Part shown: positions 40,506 through 50,439 of the stretch, in pieces | Numbering within the stretch: the stretch's first letter is position 1 | How the letters are laid out: every line of letters begins with the position of its first letter | Assembly (NCBI GenBank): GCA_040217195.1 | Contig: JAVJNR010000004.1 | Coordinates: forward strand, 64,001 to 128,000 | Length of the DNA stretch: 64,000 bases | From: Leptospiraceae bacterium | GTDB lineage: Bacteria; Spirochaetota; Leptospiria; Leptospirales; Leptonemataceae | Direction of reading: 5' to 3' | Program-made: the position numbers and the translations under genes | The notes under the pieces: model-generated | The model's database searches: none | Told to the model about the DNA's origin: nothing | What the model saw: the letters and a program-made list of their open reading frames with translations, nothing else

Positions 40506-42062
40506 TTAGATGTACATTCGTAAGAGCGGCCAGAGGTCCTGTAACCGAATCCTGGGGTGCCCTGCAAGGATCAATGTAGTCTGCCTGCGATAACTCATAC
40601 ATTCCTCACAGAGTACCTGACCCACAACCTGAATCTCAGAAAAATGATTGGCCAAATCCTCAAGCTGAAATCCAACAAAGATGATTTTTCGCACCGGCCC
40701 CACCTCGGGCCTGGGCAACCCCCATAGATAGAAACTATTGTGACCGGAACCTACGGCGGGCAGTTTATCTCGCAAGCTTAGAAAGTCCAGAGCGCCGGCC
40801 AGACCATAATTCCTGGCCACAATAATTGTATGCTTTCGTTCATTCGGCGAAAGTTTATCGTAAATGCCCTGGACTTCTTGCTGCAATTCGTTCCAGCCAA
40901 ACATACCTGCAAAGTGCTGCGGCATGCTCCCTCTTGAATGTTTTTCGAATCTGGGCGGCTGCAGGCCCAGAAACTCCTCATAGGCGATGTAGCGTTTAGG
41001 CGAAAGCAAAGGAAGGCTAAGTGGAGCCAGGGCCATACCAGAAATTCCGATTCCAATGCAATAGACAGGCAACCATGTTCCGGAGAGCCATTTCATTGTA
41101 TTTCTGTTTCGCATCCAATCCTGCATAGATTCCTGCCACTGAAACAGAAGGATTGAACCGGCTGGAATAAGTATGAATATAAGTGGGGCGATGTAATAGC
41201 TCTTTCCCCGACCAAGCAGTGCTACGACAACTGCAGTTACCACGCATAGGCCCAGAGCCCTCCAGGAAGAATCATTGCGAAACCATAGTAGGCCCACCAG
41301 TCCGGCAAACCAGAGAGGAAGTGTCATTGGATTCCATTCCAGAATCAATCCAGACATGAAGGCTCCTGGCTGAAAATAGTTCTTAAAAAGGGAAGCATTC
41401 TTCATGAACTCCAGGGATGGCCAGTCCTGCTCAATCTGCCAGAGCAAATGTGGAAGAAAAATCAAGACGCTTAGAAAAGCTGTAATGTATGGGCCCGGCG
41501 AAAGGAATTTAATTCTATGATGCGTAAATATCATTCCCAGGAAGAATCCAGCTCCCAGCATAAGGATTCCATATTTGTTCAGCAAAGCGAATCCCAGAAC
41601 CAATCCCAGACCGGTCCAATGATACCATCGATTCTTTTCCAGACAATCCAGGTAGAGATAAATGGCAACCGCCCAGAAAAGCAAGTCCAGGGAATTCATG
41701 GAATAAAACTTTGTAAGCCCCAGCATCACTGGTATTAACCCCACTGTGAAACTGGCCAGAACCACAGATGCAGCACCTCCTCGTAGCCGATTCGTAATCA
41801 TTGCAGAAAGAACAATGCTTATCTGAGCCGCCAGAAAAGGGATGAATCGAATGGATAAAAGGGAATCACCAAATAGATCTATTTGCAATCGCATGAGCCA
41901 GATAGAAAAAGGAGGATGATCCACATAGCCAGCACCCGGGCGATGAGCACCGGACAAATAATAGAACTCATCCAGAAAATACCCGTAATTGGAATACGAA
42001 AAAAGGAATAGAAGGGATCGTAGTATTAGAACTCCGGCCACTCCGTAGATCTTAAGTTTCAT
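40506..42062 (-). CDS. GT-C (ArnT/PMT-like, GT39/GT83) glycosyltransferase
   Basis: DEFYY...GYVDHPP, LLNKY, PHLLWQ, NYGLAGAL, SGHNSFYLWG; multiple TM helices. Confidence 0.85.
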   Translation of the reverse strand: MKLKIYGVAGVLILRSLLFLFSYSNYGYFLDEFYYLSGAHRPGAGYVDHPPFSIWLMRLQIDLFGDSLLSIRFIPFLAAQISIVLSAMITNRLRGGAASVVLASFTVGLIPVMLGLTKFYSMNSLDLLFWAVAIYLYLDCLEKNRWYHWTGLGLVLGFALLNKYGILMLGAGFFLGMIFTHHRIKFLSPGPYITAFLSVLIFLPHLLWQIEQDWPSLEFMKNASLFKNYFQPGAFMSGLILEWNPMTLPLWFAGLVGLLWFRNDSSWRALGLCVVTAVVVALLGRGKSYYIAPLIFILIPAGSILLFQWQESMQDWMRNRNTMKWLSGTWLPVYCIGIGISGMALAPLSLPLLSPKRYIAYEEFLGLQPPRFEKHSRGSMPQHFAGMFGWNELQQEVQGIYDKLSPNERKHTIIVARNYGLAGALDFLSLRDKLPAVGSGHNSFYLWGLPRPEVGPVRKIIFVGFQLEDLANHFSEIQVVGQVLCEECMSYRRQTTLILAGHPRIRLQDLWPLLRMYI

Positions 42063-42068
42063 TGCAGC

Positions 42069-42152
42069 ACTATAGCATTTGTCTGCGCTGACTTCCTATG
42101 GATCCTGAAATAAGTTCGATGGATTCTAGAATTCTTTGATGGATTTCAAAAT
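42069..42152 (-). promoter_or_regulatory. Promoter of the GT-C gene: extended -10 plus three direct repeats
   Basis: Minus strand TGCTATAGT 6 nt before the ATG. Plus-strand repeats TATGGATCCTGAAAT (42097), GATGGATTCTAGAAT (42118) and GATGGATTTCAAAAT (42138), spaced 21 and 20 bp. Confidence 0.65.
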
Positions 42153-42155
42153 CAA

Positions 42156-43211
42156 TCACCCCCTCAGATGGCGGTTACGATATTCAGTAGGCGTTTCGCC
42201 GGTAAGCTTGCGAAAGGCAAGGTTGAATGGAGCCAGAGACTGATATCCCAGGTCAAAGGCAACTTCCAGGATGTTCTTTTTTCGTAGATTCGGATCTTTC
42301 AATACTTCCTGAGCATCCTGAATTCGATGTGCATTCAGGAATTGATTGAAGTTTGCATATCTTAGTTCGCCATTAATCAATCGCCTCAAACGGTACTCCT
42401 GGCAGCCCAGAAATGATGCCAGTTGTCCAATGGTAAGTCCCTCTCTGTGGTGAACCTTATCCAATAAAATTGACTTCTGGAGCGCCCCAAGCAAATCTTT
42501 TTCTGCATTGGAGGTTGTGGGTAGATCCTTCAAGGTTCTGGGCCCGGCCGAGGGAAAAAGATCGGCTCTGGGGCTGAGAAGCCATAGCATCAATCCGGTG
42601 GTTAGCAGAAGTATCAGTGCTACCTTCAGGGCTTCCAGACTCAACGGAACCTTTTGCCCGGCGAAGAATATTTCTGTAACTGCAACACCAAGAGAAAGAA
42701 TGCCGATTCCTCCAAAGATCCAGAATCGCAGTCGGTATCTCCAGGGGATTAGATCCGAGGGCAACCCTCTTAGAATCGTATAAAAGGCAGCCAGAACAAA
42801 CCCGGAAAGGAGCGATTGCGGCATAGAGGAAATGAATTGCAGCAGGATTGAATCAAGTTGCCCTGCATTACCCGCGGCCATAAGAGCAGGCTTAATCTGC
42901 ACCAGCAAAAAAGCCGCAGGAGCAGCCACAAGGATCAGTCCCACCGATTTCCAGGAAGGCCGAAACCCATCATTAAAGACTGCCAGACAGAGTAGATAGA
43001 AGGCAGGCATGGGTAGTAAAGCCACTATGTGAATTAGATGCGCCACCGGCGGCGGAAAGACCTGGCTGCCGGCCAGTAGATGCCCGGTAATGGAAAGTGC
43101 AAATAGTGCCATAAATCGAGACACCATTGCACCATGGTAAATCATAATGCCAGCCAGAGTGAGTAGCTGGACTATACTCATCCAGGTCAGGTTCTCCAGC
43201 ACATTTCCCAT
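42156..43211 (-). CDS. Membrane-anchored AraC family transcriptional regulator
   Basis: About 6-7 N-terminal TM helices; C-terminal EGLTIGQLA..EYRLRRLIN..NFNQFLNAHRI..VAFDLGYQSLAPFNLAFRK..TPTEYR. Confidence 0.93.
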   Translation of the reverse strand: MGNVLENLTWMSIVQLLTLAGIMIYHGAMVSRFMALFALSITGHLLAGSQVFPPPVAHLIHIVALLPMPAFYLLCLAVFNDGFRPSWKSVGLILVAAPAAFLLVQIKPALMAAGNAGQLDSILLQFISSMPQSLLSGFVLAAFYTILRGLPSDLIPWRYRLRFWIFGGIGILSLGVAVTEIFFAGQKVPLSLEALKVALILLLTTGLMLWLLSPRADLFPSAGPRTLKDLPTTSNAEKDLLGALQKSILLDKVHHREGLTIGQLASFLGCQEYRLRRLINGELRYANFNQFLNAHRIQDAQEVLKDPNLRKKNILEVAFDLGYQSLAPFNLAFRKLTGETPTEYRNRHLRG

Positions 43212-43396
43212 TACAGAGCCAGCTAAAGTCCGGCCAGGAGGAAAATCAATTGAATCCCGTTCATTGCGCAGCGTTTCGCAACCATGAGTCCAGAGCTAAT
43301 GCCTGGACTTTCCTGCCGCCGGGCGCTCTGGACCGGTTTTTTTACTTCACCTGGTTGGATGCAAATCCATATTAACGTTTGGAAGATTCATGCGTT

Positions 43397-46051
43397 ATGA
43401 AAAAAAAGAAAATCCCTCTGCTCTTTCTGGCAGCACTTTTCATTACTCCTACATTAAAGGCAGAAACTGTCTATCTGGATGGGCCCTGGTTTATTCGCCA
43501 GGGGTTTGAACTGGAATACGTGGACCCGGAGCATGCACCGGAAAAGCTGGGACCTGAAGGAAATACCATTCCTCACTTTTTTACGGATACACCGCAGCGG
43601 CCTATCCAGGCGGTGTGGCGCAAAACCAACTATCCCATTGATCTAAGCCATTGGAATAACTCCGATTACAGAGGCTGGATTACGCTAAAGTATTCTGTTC
43701 CAGTTAACAATGTACTTGCGGCCCCCAACGACGAAATTCAGTCCCAGCGAAAGAATCATAGAAGCCTGGCAATCCTGGCCGGCGTAATGTCCGATGTATC
43801 TAGAGTTTACATCAACGGTCATTTCATTGGAGGCCTGGGACAGGTAGAGCCATATGAAAATGGCAGCTACTTAACATTCCTGGAAAGCTTTCCAGAGGAT
43901 TTGCTCCAGGGCAGCCAGCAATTAGATATTACCATCGCTCTATTCAGAAATGAGGATTACAATCTGTATCTTTCGGATAGCAGAATTCAGATTGGACCGG
44001 CCGAGGAAGTTTTTGGGTATTACTATGCAGAGGAAATCATTGGATTTGCATTGCTGAGTATTTATGGAGCTGTAGGGTTCTACCATCTACTCTTATTTTC
44101 GCGACGCAGGAATGAACTGCACAATCTTTATTTCGGACTCTTTTGTCTTGGTGTCACTCTTTACTGGTTTTTTCGCACAGGCAGCCGGGATCTGGTATTC
44201 TCTAACCACGCTCTGGCGCGAACCACTGTAGAATATAGTCTGCTCTTTACCCTGGGCCCCACGCTGTTACTATTTCTATCACAGTTCTTCTATCAAAGGC
44301 ACAGTAAGATTGGAGTTGGCTATGCAATCTTTTGCGGAGTCCTGATTGCTGGAACCATTGTATCTCCCTACTCCATCAAGGCAAAACTATTAACTCTGTG
44401 GCAGCTCAGCGCTCTGCCATTCTTGATCTATTTTATGTTTTATGTTATTCGAGAAGTCATACGCAAGAATAGAGATGCCACCTGGTTGCTGGCTGGATTC
44501 CTATTTCTTTCCGTTGCGGCCATTCATGATATTCTGGCCGCCAGAGGAATTCTAAATACACCGCACCTTGGTCGCTATTCTTTTGTGATCTTTATTCTTG
44601 GCATAGCAGGCATACTGGCCAATCGATTTGTGCGAGTGCATAATCAGGTAGAAGAGCTCAATCAGAACCTGGAAAAGAAGGTAGAAAAGCGAACAGAGGA
44701 ATTACAGAAAACTCTGCAGGAAATTAGAACTCTTAAGGTACAGCAGGATGGAGATTATTACCTTACTTCGCTTTTGATCAAACCACTGGGCGGTAACTTT
44801 GTGGATAGCCGTTTTGTGGATATTGATATCCTAATGCGTCAAAAAAAGCAATTTCAGTTTCGCCGCTGGGAAGCAGAGATTGGCGGGGATCTGGTGGCTT
44901 CCCATTCCATAGAGCTCCAGGGAAAGCGCTACGCTGCATTCGTAAATGGGGATGCGATGGGAAAGTCCATACAGGGCGCAGGCGGCGCTCTGGTTCTGGG
45001 AGTTGTTTTCAAAGCAATAATATCCAGGACCCAGCAGTCCGCAGAGATGCAAAGCCAGAGTCCAGAAAAGTGGCTACGAATTTGCTTCGAGGAGCTTCAA
45101 AACATCTTTGTTTCCTTTGATGGTACGATGATGATTTCTGCAGTTCTGGGTCTGGTAGACGAATCCACGGGCCTCCTCTATTTCGTAAACGCGGAGCATC
45201 CCTGGACTGTTTTGTATCGAGATCAAAAGGCAACCTTCATCGAAGATGGGCTGCAGCTGCGAAAGATTGGCATTGATGCACTGGCCGGGAAGCTCCAGGT
45301 CCAGATTTTTGACATGCAACCTAATGATGTAATTTTTGTAGGCTCCGATGGCAGAGATGACATTCAGATTGGAGAAGATGGCTCCGGATACCGCATTATC
45401 AACGAAGATGAAAACCAGTTTCTGCGCCGGGTGGAGGAAGGCCAGGGTCAACTGGACCTAATCGAAGAGCGTATCCTTGCCCGTGGACTACTCACCGATG
45501 ATTTTACTTTGATCCGTATTGCCTATAAAGAAGATGCTCCTATTCAGGAGGATCCAGACCCCGGTCTCAAGCTTCGTTGGGATGCACTTAAGCCGCAATA
45601 CATAAGCCAATCCGCCGATGCAGGAGCTCGGGGATTAATTGAGCTTCTAAATCATGTTTCCGGGCTCAGCATTTTCCCGACTCAGAAAGAGGTACTGCGC
45701 GAAATGGCTCAGGCGGCCGGTCGTCAGAAGGATCATCATCTGTGTACAAAGATCTATGAAGTACTGCTGGACCGATTTCCCAACGAGACAGATGCTTTGT
45801 TCAAGCTATCCTATCACTTGAAATTGGCCGGGAAGTATTCCAGGGCAGCAGATGTAGGAGAGCAACTGAGGCTCAGGGACCGGGATATGATAAACAATCT
45901 GGTGAACCTCTCGGACAGCCATCGATTGTCCGGCAACATGGATCGAGCCAGAAAGATATTGCAGGAACTGAAAGTTCTGGATCCAGGCAATGAGCATCTA
46001 TCCCTTCTGGAAACCAAAGTAATGGAAAACCAAAAAGCCAGCTCCAGCTAA
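43397..46051 (+). CDS. Sensor phosphatase: periplasmic sugar-binding-like domain, 7TM-DISM, SpoIIE (PP2C) and TPR
   Basis: Signal peptide, LDGPW, 7 TM helices, coiled coil LNQNLEKKVEKRTEEL, IGGD, GDAMGKSIQGAGG, NAEHP, GSDGRDD, TDD, TPR-like tail. Confidence 0.88.
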   Translation: MKKKKIPLLFLAALFITPTLKAETVYLDGPWFIRQGFELEYVDPEHAPEKLGPEGNTIPHFFTDTPQRPIQAVWRKTNYPIDLSHWNNSDYRGWITLKYSVPVNNVLAAPNDEIQSQRKNHRSLAILAGVMSDVSRVYINGHFIGGLGQVEPYENGSYLTFLESFPEDLLQGSQQLDITIALFRNEDYNLYLSDSRIQIGPAEEVFGYYYAEEIIGFALLSIYGAVGFYHLLLFSRRRNELHNLYFGLFCLGVTLYWFFRTGSRDLVFSNHALARTTVEYSLLFTLGPTLLLFLSQFFYQRHSKIGVGYAIFCGVLIAGTIVSPYSIKAKLLTLWQLSALPFLIYFMFYVIREVIRKNRDATWLLAGFLFLSVAAIHDILAARGILNTPHLGRYSFVIFILGIAGILANRFVRVHNQVEELNQNLEKKVEKRTEELQKTLQEIRTLKVQQDGDYYLTSLLIKPLGGNFVDSRFVDIDILMRQKKQFQFRRWEAEIGGDLVASHSIELQGKRYAAFVNGDAMGKSIQGAGGALVLGVVFKAIISRTQQSAEMQSQSPEKWLRICFEELQNIFVSFDGTMMISAVLGLVDESTGLLYFVNAEHPWTVLYRDQKATFIEDGLQLRKIGIDALAGKLQVQIFDMQPNDVIFVGSDGRDDIQIGEDGSGYRIINEDENQFLRRVEEGQGQLDLIEERILARGLLTDDFTLIRIAYKEDAPIQEDPDPGLKLRWDALKPQYISQSADAGARGLIELLNHVSGLSIFPTQKEVLREMAQAAGRQKDHHLCTKIYEVLLDRFPNETDALFKLSYHLKLAGKYSRAADVGEQLRLRDRDMINNLVNLSDSHRLSGNMDRARKILQELKVLDPGNEHLSLLETKVMENQKASSS

Positions 46052-46079
46052 ACAGGTATTTCACAAAGAGAGAATCACA

Positions 46080-46502
46080 ATGACTGTAACTCAATATTTG
46101 AAACAATTACAGCATCCGCAGAAGGGCGATATTCTTAGATTGCATAAATTCATGCGAAAGGAATTTCCGCACCACAGGGCTGCCCTCTGGGGACCCTCGG
46201 AAGACATCCTGGGTTACGGCTCCTACGATTATGTTTATGATAGTGGTCGAAAGGGATCCTGGTTTCTGTTTGGATTTGCAGCCAGAAAAGGTTTTGTTAG
46301 CGTCTATTGTATGGCTTCTTGCAAGGACGGCTATTTGACCGATGAATTCAGTAAAAAGCTGGGTCCTGTAAAAACCGGAAAATGCTGCATCAATATAAAG
46401 GATTTCTCAAAAGTCGATGAGAATCAATTACAATCCTTGATGCGCCAGGGAGTGGCTGGAATCAAAGAAGATGCGAAGTCAAAAGGTTGGTCTTTTCGCT
46501 AG
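46080..46502 (+). CDS. DUF1801 (YdhG-like) protein
   Basis: ILGYGSYDYVYDSGRKGSWFLFGFAARK..SVY..KLG..KTGKCCINIK. Confidence 0.8.
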   Translation: MTVTQYLKQLQHPQKGDILRLHKFMRKEFPHHRAALWGPSEDILGYGSYDYVYDSGRKGSWFLFGFAARKGFVSVYCMASCKDGYLTDEFSKKLGPVKTGKCCINIKDFSKVDENQLQSLMRQGVAGIKEDAKSKGWSFR

Positions 46503-46660
46503 AACAAAAAAGATCCAGCCCCTGCAAATGCAGGAATTTAAGACCATCCATGACCGGGCAGAAGCCAATCCCGAAATTATTATAAGCGTCAGACTTTGTT
46601 ACGATCCTCAAGCAATCATAAAACCGAGCGAAAGTACCGCCACCCTGAAATTTCAAAGAA

Positions 46661-47401
46661 TTAGTTCATTACCTCGGTAATTAATGTATCATCGTATTTC
46701 GAACCTTTGTATACCGATACGATCTCAATTGCAATAAAACTACCGTAAGTGTCCGAGGGCTTATGCCCGGGTAGCTGTATGGATTGCCAGGAATTGGAAT
46801 CCTTTAATTCAAACTCCTTCTGAGTAAGTACCTTCCAGTCACTGTAGAGCAGTCCCATCTGTGTTACATCACCTTTATGAGGACTGATAGCATAGACACG
46901 AATCTTTCTGGGCCGATTGTTGGCTTTGAACAGTGCATCGGTCATAGCAAAGCCAGGCCGAATTCGTATGGACTGCCTGGAATCCTCCAGCTTTACAATC
47001 AGCACTTCTCCAATGCCAGGGCCTTCCACTCCTTCAGCCCAGGCTGTATCTTCATTCTTATCAAAAGCTCGAAATGCGGCAAACATACAGGTCCAATCAT
47101 GGATATCCATATCGCCATCGAGCTCAACGTCATAATCAGGCATTCTTTCCGGAGGCTTGCCCTCCGCTTTCAGGAAGGAAGTGGCCCAGCGATCGGCATC
47201 GCCGGTAATTCCAAAATGCAATGGCACTCCATCCAGGGATCCTTTCTGTAGCAGAGTCTTTAAACTGGAGTTACCCGTTTCACAGGCCTGCCCCTCGTAG
47301 GCCTGGGCCTGAATGCCGGAGGTTCCCATCAGGCCAGCCAGCACGACCAGAGACAGAAGGGAGCGGCTCGAAAGTCCCCGGGCGGCATAAATCAAACTCA
47401 T
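46661..47401 (-). CDS. Exported protein with discoidin/NADase-type glycan-binding domain
   Basis: Signal peptide; AFDKNEDTAWAEGVEGPGIGE, PGFA..FKANNRPRKI, IEIVSVYKGSKYDDTLITEV. Start set at ATG 47401. Confidence 0.7.
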   Translation of the reverse strand: MSLIYAARGLSSRSLLSLVVLAGLMGTSGIQAQAYEGQACETGNSSLKTLLQKGSLDGVPLHFGITGDADRWATSFLKAEGKPPERMPDYDVELDGDMDIHDWTCMFAAFRAFDKNEDTAWAEGVEGPGIGEVLIVKLEDSRQSIRIRPGFAMTDALFKANNRPRKIRVYAISPHKGDVTQMGLLYSDWKVLTQKEFELKDSNSWQSIQLPGHKPSDTYGSFIAIEIVSVYKGSKYDDTLITEVMN

Positions 47402-47576
47402 CCATCCATTTCGAATAGACCGGATGTGCGGGGCGCTGGCTTTTCTGTAAGTCTTGATTCTAAGGAGCTTCAGGAATCGATTAACTGCGTATGCCATGCA
47501 TTGATAGACGAATTCTACCGGCCAGGGGCAATCATTTTTCGTTGAGTCTTGAGATAGCCTGTGGGCGAATGCAATT

Positions 47577-48566
47577 GTGAAGAGCACTCTGGACTGGACC
47601 TACTGCAAATATGCGAATCGAAACCCATTCTTTCCAGAAGGCTGGGGTGATCCGGAGCTTCTACGGTACCTGTTAAGAAAAGATGTAGGTGTGGTAGAAA
47701 ACCGAAAGGTAAAACCGATTAAGGTTAGCCATGAAATAAAACGCAGAGTACCGGGCGGCACCGCAAAGGAAGGAAGTTTTGAAAGTCCCTATGAGTTTCG
47801 TTGGAAAAGAAAGGAATATCTACCAGACTATGCACGGACGGCTCGGTATCTCTTACTGGAACCGGAGCAGGGTTCCAGCTCCTTAATAATACATTTTGCT
47901 GCCACCGGTGATGAAGGATACTCTCGACGTAGACGTATTGCGCTACCATTATTGAAAAAAGGTATTTCGCAACTCATTCTTGAAAATCCTTACTATGGTA
48001 GTAGACGGCATCCAGAACAGAAAAAGGCCGTTCTACCCACAGTGTTAAGTCTAATGCGAATGTCCCGGGCAGCCCAGGATGAAGGGATGGCTCTGGCACG
48101 GTACTTTCGCAAACAGGGTTATGAGAGAATCATGATGACCGGTATCAGTATGGGCGGTTACGTAGCTGCGGCCGCAGGAAGAGAGCTGAATTTTCCGGTG
48201 CGCATTTGCTGCCTGGTTCCATCCCACAGTGCAGCGCCGGTGTACACCGAGGCTGCGCTGCAAACAGCCTGCGATTGGCCCACACTGTACAGAACCAATC
48301 CACTTCCGGAAGAACATCCACTGCTGGTAATGCGCCGTTTATTTGGTATCTCCGATTTGCATCGCCATAAGGCCAGAAGAAAGAACTTTCAGGCAAGTAT
48401 TATTGGTGGGCGCAAAGATGCCTACATACCGGAGTATTCGGTTGAGATTGTGCATCGCGCTTTACCAGGATCTACTCTGGAATGGATTCGCACAGGCCAT
48501 GTGGGTGCTTTTATTCTGGGTACCGGTCTTTATAGGAGGAGAATGTTAGAATTGATGCAGAACTAG
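47577..48566 (+). CDS. Alpha/beta hydrolase, DUF2048/ABHD18-like
   Basis: FFPEGWG, HFAATGDEG, LENPYYGSR, nucleophile elbow GISMGG, KDAYIP, GHVGA. Confidence 0.8.
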   Translation: MKSTLDWTYCKYANRNPFFPEGWGDPELLRYLLRKDVGVVENRKVKPIKVSHEIKRRVPGGTAKEGSFESPYEFRWKRKEYLPDYARTARYLLLEPEQGSSSLIIHFAATGDEGYSRRRRIALPLLKKGISQLILENPYYGSRRHPEQKKAVLPTVLSLMRMSRAAQDEGMALARYFRKQGYERIMMTGISMGGYVAAAAGRELNFPVRICCLVPSHSAAPVYTEAALQTACDWPTLYRTNPLPEEHPLLVMRRLFGISDLHRHKARRKNFQASIIGGRKDAYIPEYSVEIVHRALPGSTLEWIRTGHVGAFILGTGLYRRRMLELMQN

Positions 48567-48712
48567 TTCAACCTGTGCGCGCCAGAGTACATTTCCGTGC
48601 AAATCCGCCCAGCACTGGCTGAGCCTGAGGAATTGAGAGTTTCTGGTAGCCAGATATGAATACACTGGATTCTTAAAAGAGCGGATAAAAGCGCCGCCGG
48701 GACCTTCCTGAA

Positions 48713-49525
48713 TCAGGAACCGGGAAGTGCAATTCGCTCAATTGTACTTCGATCGATAGAGATTCGCCTGGTTTCCACCTCTGCATCCTCTGCAGAAATG
48801 CCAAATTGAACCTGAGCAATATCGGATTTTGAAATAGTCTTTGTAGGTTCTCCATCCGGTTTTTTCAGACGAATGGTCATGGATGTACGGTTCTGGTCCA
48901 CCACTCGACCATCCAGAACATCTCCGTTTTTCATGCGAACCCGGTCAACAGTGCCCGAGGACTCTTCGCCTTCCGGAGTACCCTCCGGCCTGACTTCAAC
49001 CTCAATTTCAATAACATCTTTCTGGATTTCCACCAGTCGCCCCTGGTGCGAAGATCCATCCTTTAGAATGAATATTGGCTGCAGCCTATTGGATCTGGAT
49101 TTTCCTTCATCCTTTAAATGCTGTGCGATGGTATCGTCTACCTGCTTCTGGATTTGCTCCGGTGTGCGAATTACCACCTCCTGATTGCACTCCTGAAGTA
49201 TAACCGTATGTCTGGTTACGGTGGTAAAAAAGCCCAGGCTGACATTGACTACCCAGTCCAGCCATTGATCTTCCATCATATAGTTATAAGTACGATTGGC
49301 CTGAAACTCATGCTTGCTAAAGTCTGCATCCCAGATTCGATACATATCCCAGAGAGCCTGCCACTGCCCATCCGTTTGAACGGCTTTGCAGCTCACTTCC
49401 GAAGCTCCCAGCGCAACCGGAGACTGGGATCGATGGACCAGAGATCGTGAAGTGCAATCCGTGAATACCAGCATGGATAGACCCAGAAATGAAATGAAAA
49501 AGAAAGACGTTACGGTTCGCTTCAT
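48713..49525 (-). CDS. Lipoprotein with two small beta-domains
   Basis: MKRTVTSFFFISFLGLSMLVFTDC lipobox; LKDG...G and MKNG...G beta-domain motifs. Start set at ATG 49525. Confidence 0.7.
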   Translation of the reverse strand: MKRTVTSFFFISFLGLSMLVFTDCTSRSLVHRSQSPVALGASEVSCKAVQTDGQWQALWDMYRIWDADFSKHEFQANRTYNYMMEDQWLDWVVNVSLGFFTTVTRHTVILQECNQEVVIRTPEQIQKQVDDTIAQHLKDEGKSRSNRLQPIFILKDGSSHQGRLVEIQKDVIEIEVEVRPEGTPEGEESSGTVDRVRMKNGDVLDGRVVDQNRTSMTIRLKKPDGEPTKTISKSDIAQVQFGISAEDAEVETRRISIDRSTIERIALPGS

Positions 49526-49647
49526 AATGTATCCTCTGGAAAACTTCCATTGGCAACCCGGAAAAACCCGAATCAGGAAGTACTGAATTGACTGTCCGTT
49601 TAACAGGAATATAGTCAAGTAAATGGTTTTTTCCTCGCAGTATGGTT

Positions 49648-50439
49648 TCAGAGTTTCTCGCAGTCCACAGAGCCTGCAAAATAGACTCCACCGATTCCGT
49701 AGCGAAATCGCAATGGAAAGATTTTAAGCCCTTGATCCGCAGAATGTTTCAATGCCTTTTCAAATGCTGGATCAATCTCGGCTGCAGGTCTAAATTTCTG
49801 TCCTTCCGGTCGGGACAGAGCGAAGATTACGCCACAGGCAAAGCCACTCTTCGAAAGTTTGCCCAGATGTACAATATGTCTGGCTCCTCTTTCTGAAATG
49901 GCATCCGGGAATTGAATATAGGAACCGCGAATCTGGGTCACATTCTTCACTTCCAGAATCCAGCCATGCCAGTACAGATCCGGACGAAAATCCAGGTCCT
50001 TTAGCACCGGCTCGGTGAGTACCGAGGCGCCGGTTTTTTCAAGCCTTCGAATGGCCGATGCAGACAAAAGGCTCCTGGCATCCTTCTTTCCCATTGAAGC
50101 GGTATCCGGCAATGTGAGCGCTCCTTTTTCCAGTGCAGCCAGAACAATTCCATTGGTTCGCATGGTATTTACACCAATCCACCCTCTTTTGCTTCGAAGT
50201 AGCTCCAGGGTGGCAGGGAGCTTTGCACCGGTCTTTTTGATCTGTTCTGCGGATTTCCAGGAGATAATTGCCCTTCCCCCTTCCTGAAGACAGCTTTTCA
50301 TGGATCCGGTATTGGGATTATGGACCGTCAAAACTTCCCCGTTATCCCGCCGAACATCCACCAGGAAGCGCTTGTAGCGCTTGAGGAAAGTGACCTCTTC
50401 CAGATCCTGATCCGGTACCAATTCTTTCAAAATTTTCAT
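49648..50439 (-). CDS. sfsA: DNA/RNA nuclease SfsA
   Basis: FLKRYKRFLVDV, HNPNTGSM, GVNT, PD...EVKNVT, FPDAISERGARH. Confidence 0.93.
   Translation of the reverse strand: MKILKELVPDQDLEEVTFLKRYKRFLVDVRRDNGEVLTVHNPNTGSMKSCLQEGGRAIISWKSAEQIKKTGAKLPATLELLRSKRGWIGVNTMRTNGIVLAALEKGALTLPDTASMGKKDARSLLSASAIRRLEKTGASVLTEPVLKDLDFRPDLYWHGWILEVKNVTQIRGSYIQFPDAISERGARHIVHLGKLSKSGFACGVIFALSRPEGQKFRPAAEIDPAFEKALKHSADQGLKIFPLRFRYGIGGVYFAGSVDCEKL

Noticed and set aside
43397..43412. A8 tract at the start of the SpoIIE gene as a phase-variation site
   Set aside because: Encodes an ordinary MKKKK signal-peptide n-region and the frame is intact.
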